In this document: piece by piece, positions 57,709 to 64,000 of the stretch | How the letters are laid out: the number at the start of each line of letters is the position of its first letter | Numbering within the stretch: position 1 is the stretch's first letter | NCBI GenBank assembly: GCA_051382295.1 | Contig: JBBCAW010000013.1 | Location: 82,610 to 146,609, forward strand | Source: Bdellovibrionota bacterium FG-1 | GTDB lineage: Bacteria > Bdellovibrionota > UBA1018 | Length of the DNA stretch: 64,000 nt | Direction of reading: 5' to 3' | The notes under the pieces: model-generated | Database searches by the model: none | What the model saw: only the letters and a program-made list of their open reading frames with translations | Told to the model about the DNA's origin: nothing | Made by a program: the position numbers and the translations under genes

Positions 57709-59382
57709 CTATCCGGCAGCGGCGAGTTTTTTAGCCTGCCGCTGCTCATAGCGCGAGCCCTGGAGTTTGAGGAAGATCTTCACCGCCTTGTAGGTGGGTG
57801 ACTCGATATCCAGTGCATACTGACAGGCCTCATTAACAGCCCCGGGGGAATAGTCCTTCTCAAAGCCAATAATCCCGTAAATCGTCTGAGTGTCGATAAA
57901 CCCCTGGCCTCGCTCCATGACTGCCAACACCATCTGATCCACGTTCGCGCCGAGTCGAAGTGCAGACTTTCGGTAGGAGGATCCGGGTTCCTTGGCTCGC
58001 CTCCACGGTCCCAAGTGCTCGGGTTTGGTCGAGCACTGCGCATAGGGTCCCGTCAACTTTGGGTGCGTTTCGATCCGTTTTCCTTCATGGTGAATATGAA
58101 TTCTTCCATCCTCCTCGAATACGCTTATCTTTTGCCCCACATAGATTTCGGCCACAGAGTAATAGCGATCCAGATAGTTCACGTGTCCATCCATCCTCAC
58201 CTTTTTGGCATCAATGGCAGTCACCGATGGCGGTAAAACGGCTACCGACGCCATCGCTTTTTCAGGGACATTCACCCGGCTGACTTGAATCTCCTTGCCC
58301 GCGAAGAAGACCTTCCAGGAGAGATCTTGGTACGTTCTAATTTCCATCTTTTGCTTGTAAATGGAGTGTTTTAGTGAGGATTCGATCCGGTAGATTTCAT
58401 TGTTCCAGCTATAGGTATGGTCCCGGTTTACCTTGCGATATTCCTTGAGGCAAAAAATCTCATTCAGATCGATCCCACTCGGGAGTGGTTTATAGGCCGT
58501 TTGAAGATTGGCTGGCGTGACTTTGAACTTCGTCGCGTACTCATTGGGGAGAAATTGTTCCTGCAGAAATGCATTGGCCGTTTCATAACTGCAAATGTTC
58601 CTGAGCCTCATCTCTGCAACCAAACGATCTTGGAACGTATCCCACAGTCTCTCGATCCGTCCCTTGGCTTCAGGCGAGTTGGCAAAGAGAATGTGAATTC
58701 CAAGCTCTTTTAAAGCTCTTTTCACCTGAGAAAAGTGCGCACGCTTGGGACCCCCAAAGATCCCTGCCCGATCCACGTACAGGATCTGAAATATTCCCCG
58801 TTTTTCTATGATTTTTTGAAGCACTCGCATGCACGAAATCGTGTCTTCAGCCGGAAAAAACTCACCAAAGGGAACGTCGCTGTCAGCATCGTCAATCGCC
58901 GCGATCAAACACGAGGTCTTGCCTCCAAACCAGGGGTGAGGACTTCCGTCCATCTGGAGCATCAGCCCAGTTTGCTGCATTCGATCTCGCCGCCTGCGTA
59001 CCTTGGAGCCGCGGCGCTTTGCCCTCTTCACCATTTTGATCTCGTGGCACCATTGCCGGAAGGTTTCCCGGTTGACGCTAATTTGCTCATCGCTCGCAAG
59101 CTTTTCGAGACAGTGGGTCAGATTGAAGTCGAAATACTTCTCCTTCACCAGTTTTTGCACCTGTTGCTTGAGGCTGTCCTGAGTTTTATTAGAGGGGGCT
59201 CTCCCGCTATTGCCGTGCTTAACAAAAAGTAACCCGTGTTCGCAGTAGTCCTCCAGGTACCGCCGCAGGGTTCGTTCCGTCACATTCAGGATCTTTTGGG
59301 CATCTTTTCTAAAAATAGTTCCCGTCGAAACTTTGACGACAACATCCAATTCCAACTGTTCTTTTGCGCTCATCGTGAACAC
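57709..59382 (-). CDS. DDE transposase: IS1202/ISNCY-type core with an IstA-like C-terminal extension
   Basis: HGN.GR.P, QMDGS.H.WF, IDDA, YVDR and SPEAKGRIERLW.TFQDRL; tail DGHV.Y...YYSV...T.PEH...AC..AL...TYKAVK.FL. Confidence 0.9.
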   Translation of the reverse strand: MFTMSAKEQLELDVVVKVSTGTIFRKDAQKILNVTERTLRRYLEDYCEHGLLFVKHGNSGRAPSNKTQDSLKQQVQKLVKEKYFDFNLTHCLEKLASDEQISVNRETFRQWCHEIKMVKRAKRRGSKVRRRRDRMQQTGLMLQMDGSPHPWFGGKTSCLIAAIDDADSDVPFGEFFPAEDTISCMRVLQKIIEKRGIFQILYVDRAGIFGGPKRAHFSQVKRALKELGIHILFANSPEAKGRIERLWDTFQDRLVAEMRLRNICSYETANAFLQEQFLPNEYATKFKVTPANLQTAYKPLPSGIDLNEIFCLKEYRKVNRDHTYSWNNEIYRIESSLKHSIYKQKMEIRTYQDLSWKVFFAGKEIQVSRVNVPEKAMASVAVLPPSVTAIDAKKVRMDGHVNYLDRYYSVAEIYVGQKISVFEEDGRIHIHHEGKRIETHPKLTGPYAQCSTKPEHLGPWRRAKEPGSSYRKSALRLGANVDQMVLAVMERGQGFIDTQTIYGIIGFEKDYSPGAVNEACQYALDIESPTYKAVKIFLKLQGSRYEQRQAKKLAAAG

Positions 59383-59580
59383 CTCGCCGCCCCCTTATCA
59401 TCAACTGGTTGAACTGCTTGATGATTCGAAGACTATCGCGCCTTTCTAATGACGCGGGTTGGCGGTCAAAGTCCCTTTGTAATTAAGACCGGACAGAATC
59501 GCTTTGTAAGGACAAACAACTAAATAAGAAACGGTTGCGAGCCGATGAGAGTTTGTCAAACCACCTCATCGGGAGCAACA

Positions 59581-62500
59581 ATGACCACCAGGGCGAAACC
59601 AGCAGTCATAGATCTAAAGGGCCGATATTTTTTTCAACAGCTCGGCAGCATTCAGTCGGCGACGTTTGGAAAGGTGTATGTCCATGAGGATACACCTAGG
59701 GAAGGGATACTTTTTGTAACTAATTCCCATTTTGGATACTCTGTTGCACCAGACATTCTTGGACTCCAAGGACATGCCAGTCACTTTCAAGAACTTCCGT
59801 GCGTCCTTGAAATTGAAGTTACGCAGGCCTCCATTAGAATTGTTTTTACGAATAAAAGGGAAATCAAATTTATACCGGAGAGGTCGGACGATCAGGAGGA
59901 AGATTGGCCTCAATTCGTAAAAATCGCGTTATCCCTTCGGGCTAATGTTGTTAGAGCAGACATTGTAGATGACTACAGAGCGGCAATTAAAACATCAATG
60001 GACGCAAAAGAAAAATTCAAGCAACTTGTGAGTCTTACGAAGCGTGATAACCTCTCAAGTATTATCCCTTACGAGGCGGCCTGCTATGCCCGAGACGCTG
60101 GTGACTTTGAAAACGCGATTCAATACTTTCGACTAGCGGAATCACGAGGGTTTGCGGATCTTGCACAGCTCCATTGCAGTTTTGCGCTGGCATATCAGCA
60201 ATCGGGCAATTTTGTACAGGCTGAACGTTACGCTAGCACATCACTAGAACATGCGGATCTAGCTACTGCGCACATGATAGTTGGGCAATGTTTGAGACAG
60301 CAACAACGAATATCTGAAGCAAAGGAGCATTTTCTAGATGCAATAAAAATTGTCCCCACGAATGCCAATGCTGCATACCACCTCGCGCTTATTGCTTTTG
60401 ATGAAGAAAATAAAACCGAACTTGCTAGCCGAATTGAATCGTTGAAATCAATAACGGGTACAAATTCAATTCAATACCGTACCGCAAAAGCATATCTTGA
60501 AAAGCTTAACGGAGACCAAAAAGCTGAATTATTTGCATGGCTAGAAGTTCTGGAGATTCAACCTGAAAACTCAGAAGCTCTACGATTAGCTGCATTACTA
60601 AATTGCGATTTTGACAATGGCGAAGGTGCGCTTCCGCTAGCCAAAAAATTATTAGCCCTGGACGAACAGAATCTCTTATATCAATACGTATATTGCCGCG
60701 CACTTTCGACAGCGAAACGCCATGCTGAATTACTTCAGTTCACTCCGCGCAGTAGCTCTGACATGAACGACGATGACACTGGATTGTGTTTAGAAGTTGT
60801 TATGCTCCGCGCACATGCACTGTGCGACACAAAACGCTTTGATGAAGCAAAAAATGAAGTGGATGCAGCACGGGTTCTTCTTCGGCGGCTACATGCGACC
60901 GACAATAGAGAAGCGATAAAAACCCACGCGCTCATACTTGATGCATTCGATGGGCAAATACTGGTTGAAACGGGCCATGGAACTGACGCCATCCCGTTTT
61001 TGGAGCGAGCGTCGCGGCTCCAAAAGACAGATGCCACAAAAAAATATCACGCAGAAATTGCCGACTTGCTAGCGAAGGTCAGGCAAATCGGGCAGTCGAG
61101 AGACGAGCCAACAGTAAACGCTTCAAATGCTGGACCAAGCCTCACAGGAAACCGCAGCGAGCTGCGACGAGTTGTCCAGAATTTGTCGTATACCCTACGA
61201 TTGGACGCCCGTTTAAAGGAACAATACGACGGGTCCCAACAACTACTTGCAGATTTCGACGCGCCATTGATGATCGCAGTGTTGGGAGAATTCAATGCTG
61301 GTAAATCGACTTTTGTTAACGCACTCGTTGGGAAAGAGATCCTACCAATGGATATCCTTCCAGCAACCGCTACCATTAATATTATCAGGTACGGCGAGCC
61401 TTCGGCCCGCATTCTTTGGCAAGACGGTTCAACCGAGCAAATCCCCCCTGAACAGATCTATTCCTACTTATCAGCGAAAAATAACATAGGCGCCAAACTT
61501 CTCCAGAAAATACGTTGCGTCGAAATATTTCAACCTCTGGACAGTTTGAAAAACTTTACAGTGGTGGACACGCCCGGACTAAATGCTCCTATAGCTGAGC
61601 ATCGCCAGACAACCGAGCGATTCCTGGAGCGTGCTGACACGATAATCTGGCTATCGAATGCTACTCAACCTGCAAAAAAAACAGAACTATCAGAAATTGT
61701 TCGACTGAATTCAGCCTCGAAAAAAGTAATCGCCGTACTCAATCACTGGGACCGCACAAAGCAGTCGGACCGCGTTACGCTATTGGAGCAGACAAAACTC
61801 CGTCTACAGGAGACGACCGTCGGAGTATTTCCAGTTTCTGCAAAGGCTGCGCTTCTTGCTCGTGCAAAAGGAGATCAATCAGCCAGTAATGATTCCGGAA
61901 TTTCACACGTCGAACAGTTCTTAGTGGAAAACATTGGCCCAATTCGAATGGAACTCAAGCACGAGGCCCTTCGCTATAGAGCGATAGCGCTTGTGCGAAA
62001 GGCCCTGTTAGTAAAGCAACACGCGATGCAAAAGCGCGATGATCGTGACCAGAGATTACAAGACGTAATGGCTCTCATCGACAAAGAATTTCGTCAGTTG
62101 ATTGAAGAAGTCATTCCAGTGCTTTCAGCTCAAATAAAAAAAGAATCTCTGATCTCTGCATCCTGGCTTGGATCAGAAATCGCGAATATGCGAGAGAAGA
62201 GCAAAACTATTCAACAATCGGATTTTGAATATCTAGAAAAGAAGTTAAAGAGCGGCCTTATTTCTCCAATAAATGTTTGCCGTGAATCACTAAACAAACG
62301 AATTCACCAGGCCATCGGATCAATCAAGGAAGGTTTTGAAAAGTTCTTTCGGATCGAACGAGAAGAGGAAGGCAAGATTGTTCTGCAGATAATTGATGCC
62401 ATCACCCCAATTCACTGCCTTACCTACGATCCGTTCGACACTTACCTTGATGGCATCACGAGTGGTTTTTTCATAAATCCGAGAGAGTGTCTGAATACTT

Positions 62501-62769
62501 TTCTCGAACCACAGGAAAGCGCAACCACTGAATCAATTTCTCGGGTAATTAAGTTATATTATGCTGTTAACTGGCAGAAAGAGGCAATATGTCTGGTTGA
62601 CATGATGAAGAAACAGCTTGAACAAATTTGCGCCAATATTGCCGAGATCGAGCAAGGGCGCTTCGCGCTCGAGATCGATTCTTTTTTCTCTCCGCTCGAG
62701 GGCATTCAAGAACAACTGATTTCAACTAAGGACTCGCAGTTAAAAACCCCTGCCGCACGGGCTGCCTAG
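59581..62769 (+). CDS. TPR-repeat / dynamin-like GTPase fusion protein
   Basis: TPR-like helices at ~aa 170-500, then GEFNAGKS, PAT, DTPG and NHWD; GGGAG RBS before ATG 59581 (the ORF opens at 59545). Confidence 0.9.
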   Translation: MTTRAKPAVIDLKGRYFFQQLGSIQSATFGKVYVHEDTPREGILFVTNSHFGYSVAPDILGLQGHASHFQELPCVLEIEVTQASIRIVFTNKREIKFIPERSDDQEEDWPQFVKIALSLRANVVRADIVDDYRAAIKTSMDAKEKFKQLVSLTKRDNLSSIIPYEAACYARDAGDFENAIQYFRLAESRGFADLAQLHCSFALAYQQSGNFVQAERYASTSLEHADLATAHMIVGQCLRQQQRISEAKEHFLDAIKIVPTNANAAYHLALIAFDEENKTELASRIESLKSITGTNSIQYRTAKAYLEKLNGDQKAELFAWLEVLEIQPENSEALRLAALLNCDFDNGEGALPLAKKLLALDEQNLLYQYVYCRALSTAKRHAELLQFTPRSSSDMNDDDTGLCLEVVMLRAHALCDTKRFDEAKNEVDAARVLLRRLHATDNREAIKTHALILDAFDGQILVETGHGTDAIPFLERASRLQKTDATKKYHAEIADLLAKVRQIGQSRDEPTVNASNAGPSLTGNRSELRRVVQNLSYTLRLDARLKEQYDGSQQLLADFDAPLMIAVLGEFNAGKSTFVNALVGKEILPMDILPATATINIIRYGEPSARILWQDGSTEQIPPEQIYSYLSAKNNIGAKLLQKIRCVEIFQPLDSLKNFTVVDTPGLNAPIAEHRQTTERFLERADTIIWLSNATQPAKKTELSEIVRLNSASKKVIAVLNHWDRTKQSDRVTLLEQTKLRLQETTVGVFPVSAKAALLARAKGDQSASNDSGISHVEQFLVENIGPIRMELKHEALRYRAIALVRKALLVKQHAMQKRDDRDQRLQDVMALIDKEFRQLIEEVIPVLSAQIKKESLISASWLGSEIANMREKSKTIQQSDFEYLEKKLKSGLISPINVCRESLNKRIHQAIGSIKEGFEKFFRIEREEEGKIVLQIIDAITPIHCLTYDPFDTYLDGITSGFFINPRECLNTFLEPQESATTESISRVIKLYYAVNWQKEAICLVDMMKKQLEQICANIAEIEQGRFALEIDSFFSPLEGIQEQLISTKDSQLKTPAARAA

Positions 62770-62970
62770 TTTTAGGAGGATTGAAAGAAGACTATGACAC
62801 CTAAGGCCAGAGTGCGCACTTTATCACGACTCATAGGTATCGTTCGCGAGACAGGCCCGCTGTACAACAGATTCTCACCTAATCACGGCCCCGTCCGTGG
62901 GGCCGCGACGAAACCGGGTGTTCTTAAATTGGTGCCATTGAAGCATGCGCGACAAGGTTAAAATGCTGCC

Positions 62971-64000
62971 ATGAGCAAAATTGATCAAAACCCTGGTATA
63001 AGAGATTTGGAAGGAATCTTATCGATCTTTGGTAACCGCAGACTTTCTTGTAAAATCGCTCGCCATTGCTTAGATTATTCACGCCTACATTGCTACCACC
63101 CGGAACAAGCAGACGGCAAAAAGTTTTTCGATGACTTCCCATCGTCTGAAGTAAAGACGGTTGCCCTTGCGATCGAGGACCAGTTTCGGAACCTGATCTT
63201 GGGCGAACGCGTCCACGGTGTACCCCTTGGCGAACTCAATGACCGGCGGTGGCAGGAGCATTGGCGATTTATCGCCTGGCTGGTCATTGACACAATCTCA
63301 GAGAGGTTTTTCCTTGAGCTAGACGGGTTAGGGATCTCAGAACTGCCCACGCTTCATGAATACACTTCGTTTAGCCAGAAAGCGGCACATGAGGAACTGC
63401 GGTCCGACATTTTAGAAAAACTTAATGGCGCACTTCGGGTTGCAAAAACTCGATCCAAAGAGGGAGTTGAATGCCGGATTAAGAATGATACGATTCTGTC
63501 CAAACTGGACTCGAACAAGGAATCCAATATCCACGCCAAATTGGCGTTGGAGCTTTGTAGTTACGGCCCCGCTAGCGCACGCGTATTTGGAATTTCCGTG
63601 ATAATGTTAAAACTTCTTCATCAGATGTTCAGCGAATCGAAACTATTTAATAACCCGAAAGCCGCAGCTACTGATTTTTGCAATTGCCTGCACTTTTTCT
63701 CAAGACTTCCGGTGCCTGACTCGAACCCTGTAGATGCTTATGCATCTTCGAATTTCGACTCGATGATCCACGATTCATCCGGAACACAATGGACCTATCC
63801 CATGAAAAAGTCCTGGTTAAACCAGCACCATAAATACAAAAAGCACTTTATGGATACCTTCGCCGAAGGAACTCTTTTCGCCCCAATGAAGAGCAATTCC
63901 ACGCTCACCCTTGAAAAACACCTCTCCAATGCCGCCGCCTTCACCTGCGCGCTAGGTCTACTTCGGTGCGGATTCAATGGCCACGGTCATACCGAAAAGG
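62971..64000 (+). CDS. Hypothetical protein, runs off the window end
   Basis: Not in the ORF track; hand-translated open frame of 343+ codons starting MSKIDQNPGIRDLEGILSIFGNRR, with no stop before 64000. Confidence 0.7.
   Translation, partial: MSKIDQNPGIRDLEGILSIFGNRRLSCKIARHCLDYSRLHCYHPEQADGKKFFDDFPSSEVKTVALAIEDQFRNLILGERVHGVPLGELNDRRWQEHWRFIAWLVIDTISERFFLELDGLGISELPTLHEYTSFSQKAAHEELRSDILEKLNGALRVAKTRSKEGVECRIKNDTILSKLDSNKESNIHAKLALELCSYGPASARVFGISVIMLKLLHQMFSESKLFNNPKAAATDFCNCLHFFSRLPVPDSNPVDAYASSNFDSMIHDSSGTQWTYPMKKSWLNQHHKYKKHFMDTFAEGTLFAPMKSNSTLTLEKHLSNAAAFTCALGLLRCGFNGHGHTEK

Larger units (their letters stand above)
56887..59514 (-). mobile_element. IS1202/ISNCY-like element (2628 bp) with a passenger gene
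   Basis: Ends TGTCGTTGCAAAGGGACTTTGTCCGG.. and (reverse complement) TGTCCTTACAAAGCGATTCTGTCCGG.., each with two subterminal repeats; no target duplication seen. Confidence 0.85.

Noticed and set aside
1..64000. tRNA, rRNA, integrase or prophage genes
   Set aside because: None recognised by eye; tRNAscan-SE/Infernal would be needed to exclude small RNAs.

Overview
Bacterial chromosomal window. The gene set (TIGR04552-like protein, pgpA-recA, greA-recG, HD-GYP, DUF4398) suggests Bdellovibrionota or a related former deltaproteobacterium; this is inference only. Positions 1-~42.6 kb are mostly housekeeping: envelope glycosylation genes, carB, a Lol-like ABC export operon, greA, recG, an Fe-S/flavoprotein pair, recA, alaS, ssb, pal and a TolC/HlyD/ABC-2 efflux operon. 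From ~42.6 kb to the end is an accessory island. It holds a decayed aminotransferase/MFS/ATP-grasp cluster cut by an ISAzo13-family element, orphan ORFs and a PD-(D/E)xK/DUF5655-like nuclease. The standout locus is a tightly coupled operon of three dynamin-like GTPases with an N-domain-less Clp/Hsp100 double-AAA+ ATPase between the first two, plus a small His-rich repeat protein. A fourth, TPR-fused dynamin is transcribed divergently. Between the two halves lies a 2.6 kb TGTC...GACA element with an apparently hybrid IS1202/IS21 transposase and a four-helix-bundle passenger gene. The dynamin-Clp locus is the best candidate for an undescribed membrane-remodelling or anti-phage system. All family calls come from motif recognition by eye; no database searches were run.
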